Position numbers and translations under genes: made by a program
The notes under the pieces: model-generated
Databases searched by the model: none
The model's input: the letters and a program-made list of their open reading frames with translations, nothing else
What the model was told of the DNA's origin: nothing
Origin: Bacteriovoracaceae bacterium UBA4573
GTDB lineage: Bacteria; Bdellovibrionota; UBA1018; UBA923
Length of the DNA: 64,000 nucleotides
Direction of reading: 5' to 3'
NCBI GenBank assembly: GCA_002387735.1
Contig: DGKJ01000029.1
Location: 5,015-69,014 of the forward strand
Part shown: positions 1 to 9,780 of the stretch, piece after piece
How positions within the stretch are numbered: position 1 is the first letter of the stretch
Layout: the number at the start of each line of letters is the position of its first letter

Positions 1-13
1 AATCAGAGAATCA

Positions 14-1930
14 CTAGGCCGCAAAGGACTTCTTTTGAAACTGAACATTCGGAGGAACTGCACCGAAAACGATGGTCACGTCATCGGCAAGGTTTGCCGC
101 GTTCGGTCCGAAAAACGCCATCGTGTCGGCCATGAAGTCTTCACAAATAGCCGGAGCATTCGACGCGTGACGCTCATGCAGACTTTTGACCATTTTCACG
201 AGGGAGTTTCGACTGATGGTTTTACCTTCCGGATTGGTGCATTCCAGCACACCATCGGTATACCAAAGAATGACATCACCCGGCTCCAAGGCAACGGTAG
301 CCGGCTCTACTTGAATATTTAGGTCGTGCCCGAGTGGGTTGCAACGAGCGTCCATCAAAGGCTTAATTTTTTCTTGGCGGTAAATATAGGGTGGTCGGTG
401 GGATGCGTTTACAAACTCCATTTCACCACTGTCGAGATCAACCAAACTCGCGACAAAAGTCATGGTCGCTTCTTGTTTAGCTGCTGCAAAAACCACTGCA
501 TTGAGTGTTTCGATTACTTCCTTAATAGAGACCTTGGCCTGATCGCGCATGAACTTTTGAATGAGCATCGTGAAGCCGCCGTGCACAGCTGCCGTCACGA
601 GCGCGGAAGACACGCCGTGCCCGGTCACGTCACCGATTACGACTAGGAGTCGGTTTCCTATTGGAGCATAGAACCACCAGTCACCACCGCACTCACTAGC
701 GGGCACAACGCGACCGGCAAGCGTAAGGTTCATGTGTTCAAAGTGCTGCACTGGAAAAAATCGACTTTGCACCACTTGCGCGGTTTCAAGTTCCTTCTCC
801 ATTCGTGCTTTTTCGGCAGTCTGAGCCATGAGCTCATGAATCTTGTCCGCCATAGTATTAAACGACTGCCCTAGACTATTGATTTCGTCAGCAGTGTTAC
901 TCTCGGTTTGCACGCGCACCGAGAAATCCCCTTCCGACACCTGGCGCGTAGCATTCCACAACTCACGAATTCTTCGAGTGAGCCCTTTAACGAACAACAT
1001 CGCAAGACCGATCGACACCAATAAAATGCTGACGCCAAGAGCAAACGATCTTTGTACGAGAGCATGAGCCGCCGCAAACGCAGTGGCTTTAGGTATTGAC
1101 GCGACGACCGTGAATTTGCTCTTCCCTAGGCGTTCATAACTTAGAATGTAATCGTTTTTCTTAGGCCCGACCCATTCGCGGACGCCAGAAGGAAAAGTAG
1201 AAGCAAGTAGTTCTTTTACAATGGACGTCATAGCTTTTTCACTGAGCTCACCACTAGCTCCAAGCGCCTGATCAGAACCCGAAGAAGTCAATCTCTTGCC
1301 TGCACTGTCGTATAAAAAGATACTGGTATCCTTGCTGCCCACGCCCTTGAGCAGAGCCGCGTCTGGTTTAGCAACAGCCAGTAGGTAAACTCCTGCTCCC
1401 GTTAAATCAACTCCGTGGGACGCGATTAGCAGTTTACCATCTGGGTTCGTACCCAAAAGCATTTCAGTTTCGTTAAACTGTGAAGGAGTCCAACCCATGG
1501 CCACTAAATAACCTTCGAGCACGGTCTGTTCTTGGCCAAATGCCGCGTAGGACACAAAGGCCGAATCCTGAGCACGAAAAAACAACGCACTTTCTACGCC
1601 GATAGATTTATCAAATCGTTGAAACAATGTTTCACCGAACTCTCGATCATACTGCCCGTCGCTCCGCAGAAATGCGCCCATCATCCGGGTGTTTGAAACA
1701 ATTTTTGAAATCCAAGAATCGAAACTCTGAGTAGAAATACGAGACTGAGAGAGATTGTAGTCGTAAATGTAAGACACTTTATCACCAATAATCAGAGTCG
1801 TACCAATATAAAGGTAGGAACACAGACTCACCGTCAGCGTAAGTGTAACGAGAAGAATGATTTTAGCTCTAATCGAGAGCGACCAGAAGCGTCTCACGCT
1901 ACCTTTATCGTCGAAATTAATGAGAAACAT
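14..1930 (-). CDS. Membrane sensor serine phosphatase (RsbU-like): N-terminal TM, ~250-aa extracytoplasmic domain, second TM, HAMP domain, then a PP2C/SpoIIE phosphatase domain
   Basis: HAMP-like stretch LTRRIRELWNATRQVSEGDFSVRV...NSLGQSFNTMADKIHEL. PP2C/SpoIIE motifs GGDWWFY...VIGDVTGHGVSSALV...DGVLE. Two hydrophobic segments (res ~20-45 and ~290-310). ATG start confirmed on minus strand. Confidence 0.8.
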   Translation of the reverse strand: MFLINFDDKGSVRRFWSLSIRAKIILLVTLTLTVSLCSYLYIGTTLIIGDKVSYIYDYNLSQSRISTQSFDSWISKIVSNTRMMGAFLRSDGQYDREFGETLFQRFDKSIGVESALFFRAQDSAFVSYAAFGQEQTVLEGYLVAMGWTPSQFNETEMLLGTNPDGKLLIASHGVDLTGAGVYLLAVAKPDAALLKGVGSKDTSIFLYDSAGKRLTSSGSDQALGASGELSEKAMTSIVKELLASTFPSGVREWVGPKKNDYILSYERLGKSKFTVVASIPKATAFAAAHALVQRSFALGVSILLVSIGLAMLFVKGLTRRIRELWNATRQVSEGDFSVRVQTESNTADEINSLGQSFNTMADKIHELMAQTAEKARMEKELETAQVVQSRFFPVQHFEHMNLTLAGRVVPASECGGDWWFYAPIGNRLLVVIGDVTGHGVSSALVTAAVHGGFTMLIQKFMRDQAKVSIKEVIETLNAVVFAAAKQEATMTFVASLVDLDSGEMEFVNASHRPPYIYRQEKIKPLMDARCNPLGHDLNIQVEPATVALEPGDVILWYTDGVLECTNPEGKTISRNSLVKMVKSLHERHASNAPAICEDFMADTMAFFGPNAANLADDVTIVFGAVPPNVQFQKKSFAA

Positions 1931-1959
1931 GAGATTTCCGATAAGGTTCGTGAGGGATT

Positions 1960-3510
1960 ATGAACTCAGAACCTACCTCAAATGCCGAATCTGCAGCCAA
2001 ACCCCGGGTAGCTGTGGAAAAAAGTGCCGGCACTGATACGAATTTAACGTTGTACGCTAATCGCGAATCCAAAAAACGCGAACGGGCGGCCACCGCTTTT
2101 TGGCTTTTTTGCATTAGCCTAGGACTTTTTGGCCTACTAATCGTAAATACCTCGTCGCTCTGGAATCGAATTATCGGAACTTCTTACGCCCCCGAAGCGA
2201 TCGGAAAAATTTTCCTGCAAAAAACCGACGTCCGATACCGCCCGTCAGGCTCGATAGTCTGGATGGATCTTACCAAAAATTCTCAGGACGTAGGCAATGG
2301 AGACACCGTATTTACCGCTGCAACCGGTTCCGCAGAAATCAAATTTAACCGCGGCAATAGCGCACAGATCATGCCCAACTCCCTAGTGGTGATTCAAGAA
2401 TCCGACCGCGAAGCGGCATCGGGCAAAGGCGTACGGGGTTGGTTCGACAACAAACTTGCCTCGCGAGCGGCGGTCAACATTCTGGAAGGAACCGTAAAGT
2501 TAGGTTTCGCGGGCGATGCCAACCCAATTGATCTTAAGATCATGGGTAAGGACTACCGAGTAAGTGCTGCAGGCAGCGGAAGTAGCGTGAATATTTCCGT
2601 TGACCCGACGAATTCCAAAAAACAAGTCTCGATTACCGGCGATGGAAAAATTCAACTGGAAGCCGACGGTAAAAAGTCTTTGATTGATCCTGGAAAAATT
2701 GCCGCCGTGGGCGAAAATAAAAAGATCGAAATTGAGGAAGAAGTTTTTAAGCAGTCACTGCCAAGAAACAACGCTCGCCTAGTCATTGGAGAATCGACTC
2801 AAATAGGAGACGGTCGAGGCAATTTGCCTTTCGAGTGGTCTCGCCGAAAAACAGAAGTTGGTACCATAGAAATTGATGGCGCCGAACACCTACAAGTGCC
2901 CATACAAGCTGAAGACACCAAAACGAAAGTTCCGCTGCGGTCTGGCGATTACCGTTGGCGTTTAATTTCACGTTCACAGAAAAGCGGCAGCCCGTGGTTC
3001 GACTTCAGTGCGTTAGTGGTTGATCGACCTTCGATACGCTACCCAGCCCCTCAGACCGCTTTTCGAATTCCACACACTGAAGACGAAAAAGAAATACAAC
3101 TGGTATTCTCGCATCCAAATCCAGATTTTGAAGTGGAAACTCAGCTTTATGCGGTTGGTAAGTCTGGAGAACTCGTACTCAAACGCGAAGACTCTTTGCA
3201 GCCGGGAGCTCGTACAGGGCAACAAGAAGTTCTAGAGCTCGAACTAGAAGTCGGTCAGTACCAGTTGCGAGCACGCTCCGTTTACACTACCAAGGGCCAA
3301 AACCGCAAAGTTTACAGCCCTTGGACGCAACCAACGACATTCGCTATCATACGAGAGCCCGCGCCTACGCCGGTGCCCACTCCACGTCCAACTCCAATAG
3401 CGCGTAAACCCGCGAGTGAGGACATGAACTCTGATTCCCACTTAAAAAAACCTGCCATTCGCCCGCGGAATGGGAGTACAATTGACGAGCCGTTGATTAT
3501 TTATCCATAA
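1960..3510 (+). CDS. Membrane-anchored hypothetical protein, possible FecR-like domain, Pro-rich C-terminus
   Basis: N-terminal TM (AFWLFCISLGLFGLLIV). Segment GDTVFTAATGSAEIKFNRGNSAQIMPNSLVVIQ resembles FecR beta-rich fold. C-terminal PAPTPVPTPRPTP linker. Confidence 0.5.
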   Translation: MNSEPTSNAESAAKPRVAVEKSAGTDTNLTLYANRESKKRERAATAFWLFCISLGLFGLLIVNTSSLWNRIIGTSYAPEAIGKIFLQKTDVRYRPSGSIVWMDLTKNSQDVGNGDTVFTAATGSAEIKFNRGNSAQIMPNSLVVIQESDREAASGKGVRGWFDNKLASRAAVNILEGTVKLGFAGDANPIDLKIMGKDYRVSAAGSGSSVNISVDPTNSKKQVSITGDGKIQLEADGKKSLIDPGKIAAVGENKKIEIEEEVFKQSLPRNNARLVIGESTQIGDGRGNLPFEWSRRKTEVGTIEIDGAEHLQVPIQAEDTKTKVPLRSGDYRWRLISRSQKSGSPWFDFSALVVDRPSIRYPAPQTAFRIPHTEDEKEIQLVFSHPNPDFEVETQLYAVGKSGELVLKREDSLQPGARTGQQEVLELELEVGQYQLRARSVYTTKGQNRKVYSPWTQPTTFAIIREPAPTPVPTPRPTPIARKPASEDMNSDSHLKKPAIRPRNGSTIDEPLIIYP

Positions 3511-3525
3511 TGAAAAGAAATTCGA

Positions 3526-4047
3526 ATGAGCGACCCAACATTTATTTACACCATCGAAGAAATCGGAACTGGAATTCATGAGCTTCGCCTAGAGGGAACA
3601 CTCAACGAAGACGTAAACTTGGGTGAAGTAGCCGCGTCGGTCATTTCCCTTAAAGAACATTTGCAATCGCTCTCGATTGATCTCAGTCAAATTCGCATGA
3701 TCAATTCGTGCGGAATTCGTGAATGGATTCTTTTTCTGGAAGACATGGCGACCGTAACTAAGGTGCAGTTCAGTCGAGTAGGAAAACTATTTGTCGAACA
3801 AGCTAGCACTGTTCCGAACGTACTCGGAAAACCTGGCACTCACGTTTATAGCATTGAACTTCCCTACTATTGCACCAAGTGCGACGCTGCTTCGAATATT
3901 TTTCTTGAGACCTCAAAAATTCCTTTAGTAAATGGCCAGCCTAAGGCCCCTCAAAAAAAATGTCATCGTTGTGGCGAAGCACTTGAGATCGACGCATTTG
4001 AAGAAGAATATTTAAGCTTTCTTAAATACATGAAAGCAAAAAAATAA
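3526..4047 (+). CDS. STAS-domain (anti-sigma-factor-antagonist-like) protein with C-terminal zinc ribbon (two CxxC pairs)
   Basis: LRLEGTLNED...IDLSQIRMINSCGIREW matches the STAS/SpoIIAA core (L.GELD...DLS.V.F.DSSGLG) with the Ser at the phosphorylation position. C-terminus CTKC...CHRC...EEEYLSFL. Paralogous to the 12588..13055 product. Confidence 0.6.
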   Translation: MSDPTFIYTIEEIGTGIHELRLEGTLNEDVNLGEVAASVISLKEHLQSLSIDLSQIRMINSCGIREWILFLEDMATVTKVQFSRVGKLFVEQASTVPNVLGKPGTHVYSIELPYYCTKCDAASNIFLETSKIPLVNGQPKAPQKKCHRCGEALEIDAFEEEYLSFLKYMKAKK

Positions 4048-4565
4048 TGTCTGAAAAAATTCACGAAACACATCTCGCTCAATGGATTCGGCTCGCAGAA
4101 CCCGTACTCTCGGGTGCTCTAGACGCGGTGGCTGTTGTGGATTTACGAAACCAACTCGCTTACGCCAATCCGTCGATGAAAACTCTACTTAAATTGCGCC
4201 CATCGCACCTTGCAGGCAAAAAAAAGTTCTGCGACTGCATCACCCTCTCGATCTGTGCCAAAAAATGTCAAATCGAAGAGTTAATTCAAACCGCTACTGC
4301 GTTTCGCTTCGACGAAAGCCCTGCGGTTATTTCGAGCAAAGCGGACTCCACCAAGCTCCGAGTCAATATCCGTGGCGTCGCCGTTCCGAATCCCGACACC
4401 AAATCGAGCACCAAGACAATTGGTGCTGTCATCACTTTACGTGACACGTCGGCTGACGTACTCGTTCAGGCCAAGTACCACAAGCTCGCCGAACTTTTGA
4501 AGGAACGCGACGAAACCATTGCCGAACTCCGGCGTCTCAACGCTGTTTTGCGCCGAAAACCCTAG
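4047..4565 (+). CDS. PAS-like sensor domain protein with CxC-x6-C-x3-C cysteine cluster and C-terminal coiled coil
   Basis: ATGA overlap with upstream STAS gene (translational coupling). ALDAVAVVDLRNQLAYANPSMKTLL is a PAS N-cap-like stretch. CDCITLSICAKKC cluster. C-terminal heptad-like AELLKERDETIAELRRLNAVL. Confidence 0.45.
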   Translation: MSEKIHETHLAQWIRLAEPVLSGALDAVAVVDLRNQLAYANPSMKTLLKLRPSHLAGKKKFCDCITLSICAKKCQIEELIQTATAFRFDESPAVISSKADSTKLRVNIRGVAVPNPDTKSSTKTIGAVITLRDTSADVLVQAKYHKLAELLKERDETIAELRRLNAVLRRKP

Positions 4566-4651
4566 TTTCCGACAGAAATACTTCGATTTGACAACCCCCG
4601 TAGAATAACCACATTTATAGAGCTATTCAGATTTAGAGGAGATCGCCAATT

Positions 4652-5539
4652 ATGCTGACACACATGCGCCGCTACTTTTTGTTTTTCGTGGTGAACATTG
4701 GAATCGTATTAACGATTTCGTTGGTCCTAAATCTCCTAGGAGTATCACCCTATATTGAGGCGCGTGGCCTCAACATGGAATCTCTGGCGATCTACTGCTT
4801 AATCTGGGGTATGGCCGGGGCGTTTATTTCACTCGCCATCTCTCGCATCATGGCCAAAATGATGATGGGTGTAAAAGTAATTGACCCAATGACGCGCGAT
4901 AGTGAGCTTCAATGGCTCGTATCCACCACCCATGATTTTGCAAAAGCCGCTGGTCTGCGAAAAATGCCCGAAGTTGGTATTTACGAAAGCCCCGAGCTCA
5001 ATGCCTTTGCTACCGGCCCGACTAAAAATCGCGCGCTCGTTGCGGTATCAACTGGGCTTTTACGCCGCATGAATCGGTCGGAAATCGAGGGAGTTTTAGC
5101 CCATGAGGTTTCTCATATTTCCAATGGCGACATGGTGACGATGACGCTCATTCAAGGAATCATGAACGCGTTCGTCATGTTTCTTGCTCGTCTCATTGCA
5201 TTTGCGCTGACTCAGAACATGAAAGACGAAAGTCGCCCAATGGCTAGAATGTTTATAACCTTGGGATTAGAAATGGTGCTCGCCATCGTGAGCGCGATCG
5301 TCGTTGCCTACTTTTCACGCAAGCGCGAATTCCGGGCCGACCATGGCGGAGCGGTGCTGTCTGGCCGAGAAAATATGATCGCCGCGCTCCGTGCTTTAAA
5401 ACGCAATTTTCAACCACTTGACCCTCGCGGTGAGGCCCTTGCGACTCTCAAAATTTCAACTCGAAGTTCGTTTGCGGCTTTCTTAGCGACTCACCCGCCG
5501 CTTGAAGACCGCATTCGCAGGCTGGAACAATACCATTAA
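4652..5539 (+). CDS. htpX: Zinc metalloprotease HtpX (peptidase M48)
   Basis: Near-identical motif block to E. coli HtpX: ELNAFATGP...LVAVSTGLL...EGVLAHEVSHISNGDMVTMTLIQG (HExxH). Four TM segments. 295 aa. Confidence 0.85.
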   Translation: MLTHMRRYFLFFVVNIGIVLTISLVLNLLGVSPYIEARGLNMESLAIYCLIWGMAGAFISLAISRIMAKMMMGVKVIDPMTRDSELQWLVSTTHDFAKAAGLRKMPEVGIYESPELNAFATGPTKNRALVAVSTGLLRRMNRSEIEGVLAHEVSHISNGDMVTMTLIQGIMNAFVMFLARLIAFALTQNMKDESRPMARMFITLGLEMVLAIVSAIVVAYFSRKREFRADHGGAVLSGRENMIAALRALKRNFQPLDPRGEALATLKISTRSSFAAFLATHPPLEDRIRRLEQYH

Positions 5540-5542
5540 TCG

Positions 5543-5992
5543 CTAATGGAGCGTGGGGGGGTTGCCAGGAACCTCTTCGGCGCTTTCGGCGCCGTCGGCC
5601 TGCATGGGCACAAGTCGTACTGGCGGCGCTAAAATAAACCGCGGGATCACAATTTCAAAGCGGCCACCATCGACGGCCAACATCTCGTAGCGGCCTTCCA
5701 TTGCCCCGGTGTCGGTGGGAACTTGTGTAAAACTGCTATAGGTAAACGACTCTCCCGGATTCAGTATTGGGTGTTGTCCAATGACTCCGGCGCCACGCAC
5801 TTCTTTGACACCCCCAGCGGCGTCACTAATTTTCCAATAGCGATAAAGAAGTTGCACCACGCGTTCCGAACGATTGGTTATCTGAATTTCGTAGGACCAA
5901 GTATAAACCGGAGTAAAGGGTACAGACTGGCGGCGTTCAAAAATTGGCCGAGCTGTTACTTCGATGTCGTGGGTGACGGCGGTATAGTTCAT
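5543..5992 (-). CDS. apaG: ApaG (DUF525) protein
   Basis: IEVTARP...YTWSYEIQITNRSERVVQLLYRYWKISDAAGGVKEVRGAGVIGQHPILNPGESFTYSS aligns along the full length with ApaG. 149 aa. Confidence 0.8.
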   Translation of the reverse strand: MNYTAVTHDIEVTARPIFERRQSVPFTPVYTWSYEIQITNRSERVVQLLYRYWKISDAAGGVKEVRGAGVIGQHPILNPGESFTYSSFTQVPTDTGAMEGRYEMLAVDGGRFEIVIPRFILAPPVRLVPMQADGAESAEEVPGNPPTLH

Positions 5993-6312
5993 AATTTTGG
6001 TGACGTTATTAGTCTTCGCACACTCTCGGTGAGTTGATCAACTGCTTTAGCGTCGTTCTCTAGTTCGAAATGCCACTGCCCCTGGGGGTACGAAACCGCC
6101 ACGATCCCTTTTTCGCAGTGGCCTAAACAACCCGACGCATTCACCCGAATCCGATGTTGTGGATTTTCTCCGAAATCTCGGCACTTGTTTTTAACAGCCT
6201 CGCGCAGAGATCCTCCACCCTTGGCGCCACAGGACGCTCCGGTTTTTCGATCGTTGGTGCAGACAAAAAGATGAACATCGTATTTGTTAAACGCCTCAGT
6301 CATTGTTTCCAC
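5989..6312 (-). CDS. Thioredoxin-like [2Fe-2S] ferredoxin
   Basis: Cys pattern C-x10-C ... C-x3-C (CTNDRKTGASC ... SGCLGHC) typical of thioredoxin-fold 2Fe-2S ferredoxins. 107 aa. Confidence 0.6.
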   Translation of the reverse strand: METMTEAFNKYDVHLFVCTNDRKTGASCGAKGGGSLREAVKNKCRDFGENPQHRIRVNASGCLGHCEKGIVAVSYPQGQWHFELENDAKAVDQLTESVRRLITSPKL

Positions 6313-7399
6313 TCCCCAGAGAGTTCTTCGACTTGCCGGCGGCTCGCAACAGTCGGTCCTGAATTGCGGCCAACAGGCCTGATTCCTTGTCGCAATACTC
6401 AGCTAAAATTAGATCCAGCCCCAATACGTCAAGCTCGCGTAGCGTCGCGAAGAGTTTTTGGGCCATTTCCGATTCATCATTTTTTTCTGAAAGCACGCAT
6501 AGCCGTTCACATCTAGGATCCGCGACTGACGGCCCTGAAAGCAGTAGCACTCCAATTTTTTTTTGTGGGAATTTCGCAAACCCGTCGCGAAGCCCTAATT
6601 CTAATTCACTGCGTTTTTGGAGCAGAAGTTTTGTGGTCGGCGCGTAGTGACTAAGAAGTAGGCCGGGCGCCGGTAAAGGTGTATTTTGTTTCTCGTTTGC
6701 CGTTGAGTTCTGAGTTAACTTAAATGTTCCCAATTTTTTTAGTGCTAGCTCGAGACTCTCCATGGCCACTCCACCCGGCCGAAGGCACACTAGGTCTCCT
6801 GTTTTCGGATCTATCGCCACAATCGTCGATTCCACGCCAACTTGCGACGGCCCACCGTCGAGCACCGCCGAGATTCGGCCTTCTAATTCGGTCATCACAT
6901 GGGCTGCCAACGTTGGACTAATTCGCCCGAAGCGGTTTGCACTCGGGGCTGCGAGAGGCTCGTTTACACGCTCCAAAAGTTTCAACGCGATCGCCTGGCG
7001 TGGCACCCGCAAGCCAACCGTGCCAAGGCCACTAGTAACTAGATCTTTAATTCGATGCCCGCGCGGTAAAACCAACGTCAATGGACCAGGCCAGAACTTC
7101 TCCATCAGCGTTTCGGTCACGGTACGAGCCTGTGGTGAAAGACGGTCCGGATTAATAACCCCAGCTTCGCCCAGGGCATTGACCGAATTCCAGGTCGCCG
7201 GCAGGTGTACGATCAGGGGGTCAAAAAGCGGCCGCTCTTTGGCGCGGAATATTTTTAACACGGCTGTTTCATCAAAGGCCAGGGCAGCGAGTCCGTAAAC
7301 TGTTTCCGTGGGAATACCCACGAGCTCAGAGCCGAGGAGCAGCTGAGCGGCTCGTTCGATGCCAGTGGAATCCGCGGTTAAAAACTCGGTCTTGTGCAT
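6296..7399 (-). CDS. tsaC: L-threonylcarbamoyladenylate synthase (Sua5/YrdC family, with C-terminal Sua5 domain)
   Basis: YrdC signature GIPTETVYGLAA near N-terminus. 367 aa, consistent with YrdC plus Sua5 C-domain. Confidence 0.8.
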   Translation of the reverse strand: MHKTEFLTADSTGIERAAQLLLGSELVGIPTETVYGLAALAFDETAVLKIFRAKERPLFDPLIVHLPATWNSVNALGEAGVINPDRLSPQARTVTETLMEKFWPGPLTLVLPRGHRIKDLVTSGLGTVGLRVPRQAIALKLLERVNEPLAAPSANRFGRISPTLAAHVMTELEGRISAVLDGGPSQVGVESTIVAIDPKTGDLVCLRPGGVAMESLELALKKLGTFKLTQNSTANEKQNTPLPAPGLLLSHYAPTTKLLLQKRSELELGLRDGFAKFPQKKIGVLLLSGPSVADPRCERLCVLSEKNDESEMAQKLFATLRELDVLGLDLILAEYCDKESGLLAAIQDRLLRAAGKSKNSLGSGNND

Positions 7400-7418
7400 A
7401 TAGCCGCTTTACCATAGT

Positions 7419-8690
7419 TTGTTAGAAGAGTCTCGAATGGCAACACCACCGTCACAACCCGTGCTTGGCATCATAGGAGAAGGGCAATTAGCTCGAATGC
7501 TCGTCGAAGCGGCCGAGCGTCGTGGGATTTCAACTTGTGTCTGGAGTTCGCTCCCTCACTCACCCGTTAGCCACCTAGGCGCCGCCCATTGTGAAATAAC
7601 CGCTTCATTGGACTCGCTTCTTACCAAAGCCACCGTTGTGGCTTTTGAAAATGAATTTCAAGACACCGCCATGCTGCGGGCGGCGGCTCAAAAGGTCGGA
7701 CGTGACCCTGAACAACTTTTCATTCCAAAACTTTCGGCAATTCAGCTGTTGCAGGACAAACTGGAACAAAAAAACATCTGCACTCGCCTCGGTTTGCCGA
7801 CATCGCGTTTTTCAGCGGCACCCTCTGCATTTAACACCTCTGATGAGGCCTTCGCTTGGGCAACTGCGGCCTCAAGGCAGTTCCCCCGCGGATTTGTTTT
7901 TAAGTGGAGTCGTCTCGGGTACGACGGCAAAGGCGTCCTGGTTTTAAAGGAAGACGAAAACATCGACCGCGCCGATGTTCGACAAATTGCATTTTTTGAA
8001 GCCGCCATTAGCACCAAGGCGCTCGTTTACGTCGAAGAATATGTGCCCTTTACCAGCGAGTGTGCGCTCGTGAGTGCTCATCAGCCCGGGCCTGGTGATC
8101 CTGTTGCTCGTTATTTTCCTTTAGTACTAACGGAACAAACACAAGGCATCTGTACCCGAGCTCGGGGCCCAATGAAGGCGGGTTTGTCTTCCATTCTCGA
8201 AGCAAGCGCACGCAAAGCCGCTGACGCACTAGCAAAAGATCTTGGTCTTCAAGGGGTGTTTGCCATCGAATTTTTCGTAGTACCGGGTTCCAACAAACTC
8301 TGGATCAATGAAATAGCTCCTCGCGTCCACAATTCGGGCCACCTGACCCAAGACGCTTTCGACTCTAGTCAGTTTGATTTTCACGTTTTGGCTGCGCTGG
8401 GTCGACTGCACGAAAGCACGGCCCCGAAAACTCGGACTCCTCACTACGGAATGCTCAACATTCTGGGCCCTGCGGCAATGCAAAATTCTTTGCCAATCAC
8501 CGACGCTATTCCTTCGATTTCCGACTCCGTGGGCCGACTCCACTGGTACGGCAAAAGCGAAGTTAAAGCTGGGCGAAAACTTGGCCACATCAACCTTACC
8601 GCGGGTTCGATACCTGAACTTGATGACAAATTCCGAGAGGCCGAAGCATTCGTTCGTAATCTTCATTCACACTGGAGTTCGCATGGCTAA
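7419..8690 (+). CDS. purK: N5-carboxyaminoimidazole ribonucleotide synthase (ATP-grasp)
   Basis: LGIIGEGQLARMLVEAA matches the PurK N-terminus (GNGQLGRML). ATP-grasp body. 8-nt overlap with purE downstream. True start may be ATG 7437 (MATPP...). Confidence 0.85.
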   Translation: MLEESRMATPPSQPVLGIIGEGQLARMLVEAAERRGISTCVWSSLPHSPVSHLGAAHCEITASLDSLLTKATVVAFENEFQDTAMLRAAAQKVGRDPEQLFIPKLSAIQLLQDKLEQKNICTRLGLPTSRFSAAPSAFNTSDEAFAWATAASRQFPRGFVFKWSRLGYDGKGVLVLKEDENIDRADVRQIAFFEAAISTKALVYVEEYVPFTSECALVSAHQPGPGDPVARYFPLVLTEQTQGICTRARGPMKAGLSSILEASARKAADALAKDLGLQGVFAIEFFVVPGSNKLWINEIAPRVHNSGHLTQDAFDSSQFDFHVLAALGRLHESTAPKTRTPHYGMLNILGPAAMQNSLPITDAIPSISDSVGRLHWYGKSEVKAGRKLGHINLTAGSIPELDDKFREAEAFVRNLHSHWSSHG

Positions 8691-9198
8691 ACGAAAAAAA
8701 AGCAGTGGAGCAACCCGTTCTTCCCCGCTGGTCGGCATCGTAATGGGAAGCGACTCTGACCTTTCGGTTATGCGCGACGCTGCACAGGCGCTCAAAGGTC
8801 TTGGTGTACCTTATTCAATCGAAATTGTTTCGGCCCATCGCACGCCCCAAGAGGTTGCGCTGTACGCGGAGGCTGCCTTTGAAAAAGGACTGCGTGTTAT
8901 TATTGCCGGAGCAGGCGGGGCGGCTCACTTGCCCGGCATGATTGCGGCCCATTCGGTGCTACCTGTTATTGGCGTACCCGTGCCAATAGGGGAACTCCGT
9001 GGAATGGATGCGCTCCTATCGATAGTGCAAATGCCACGCGGAGTGCCGGTCGCGACTGTCGGCATTGGCAATGCTTGGAATGCGGGAGTTTTGGCCGCGC
9101 AAATCATTGCTACCAACGACAAACGTTTGCAAAATAAAATTGCGGACTACAAAGACACAATGCGCAAGAAGGTTCTTCGAAAAAAGATTTCAGCTTGA
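8683..9198 (+). CDS. purE: N5-CAIR mutase
   Basis: VGIVMGSDSDLSVM...IIAGAGGAAHLPGMIAA...PVIGVPV are hallmark PurE motifs. ATG at 8683 chosen inside longer ORF 8374..9198. Confidence 0.9.
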   Translation: MAKRKKSSGATRSSPLVGIVMGSDSDLSVMRDAAQALKGLGVPYSIEIVSAHRTPQEVALYAEAAFEKGLRVIIAGAGGAAHLPGMIAAHSVLPVIGVPVPIGELRGMDALLSIVQMPRGVPVATVGIGNAWNAGVLAAQIIATNDKRLQNKIADYKDTMRKKVLRKKISA

Positions 9199-9266
9199 AG
9201 GACCGCTCAGTTCCCCCTACTCTTGTAGAGTCAAATCTATCTTTAACAACACCGATGGAGAAATCA

Positions 9267-9773
9267 ATGTTTACAAAAACACGTTATTTCGCGCTCGCAG
9301 CAGTTGCCGCACTGAGTCTTACTTTCAGCGCTACCGTCACTTTCGCTATGGGCGATGCCGGTTGCGGTCTTGGAAGTGTTGTTTTCAGTTCAAATAAGAA
9401 ATTACACCAAATTCTTGCCGCCACTACTAACGGTACTTTTGGTAGCCAAACTTTCGGAATCACGACTGGAACATCTAATTGTAAAGCCAGTGGGTTTGCC
9501 AAAGTCGAAAAAGAACAAATTTTTTATGCCGAATCGAACTATAAAAATCTCATGACAGAAATGGCACAAGGTCGTGGTGAAAGTCTCGAAGGTTTTGCCC
9601 AAGTTCTTGGCTGCAACTCTGCGAGCACTCTGGATTTTGGAAAAATGACTCAGTCCCAATACGAAAGCATTTTTCCCAAAGCCGATACCACGGCCGTCGA
9701 AATGCTACGTTCAGTAAAACAACAAATTCAAGCCCACCCGAAACTTGCAAAGGCCTGCGGCCAAGTAGGTTAA
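9267..9773 (+). CDS. Secreted hypothetical protein (DUF3015-like, GCGLGS motif)
   Basis: Signal peptide MFTKTRYFALAAVAALSLTFSATVTFA. GGAG 6 nt upstream of ATG 9267. Mature region GDAGCGLGSVVF... resembles the DUF3015 family. Confidence 0.55.
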   Translation: MFTKTRYFALAAVAALSLTFSATVTFAMGDAGCGLGSVVFSSNKKLHQILAATTNGTFGSQTFGITTGTSNCKASGFAKVEKEQIFYAESNYKNLMTEMAQGRGESLEGFAQVLGCNSASTLDFGKMTQSQYESIFPKADTTAVEMLRSVKQQIQAHPKLAKACGQVG

Positions 9774-9780
9774 GTTTCAA

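Noticed and set aside
6762-7298. 178-aa plus-strand ORF inside the tsaC/sua5 gene
   Set aside because: Antisense to a motif-supported CDS. Pro/Arg/Ser-rich composition typical of shadow frames in mid-GC DNA.
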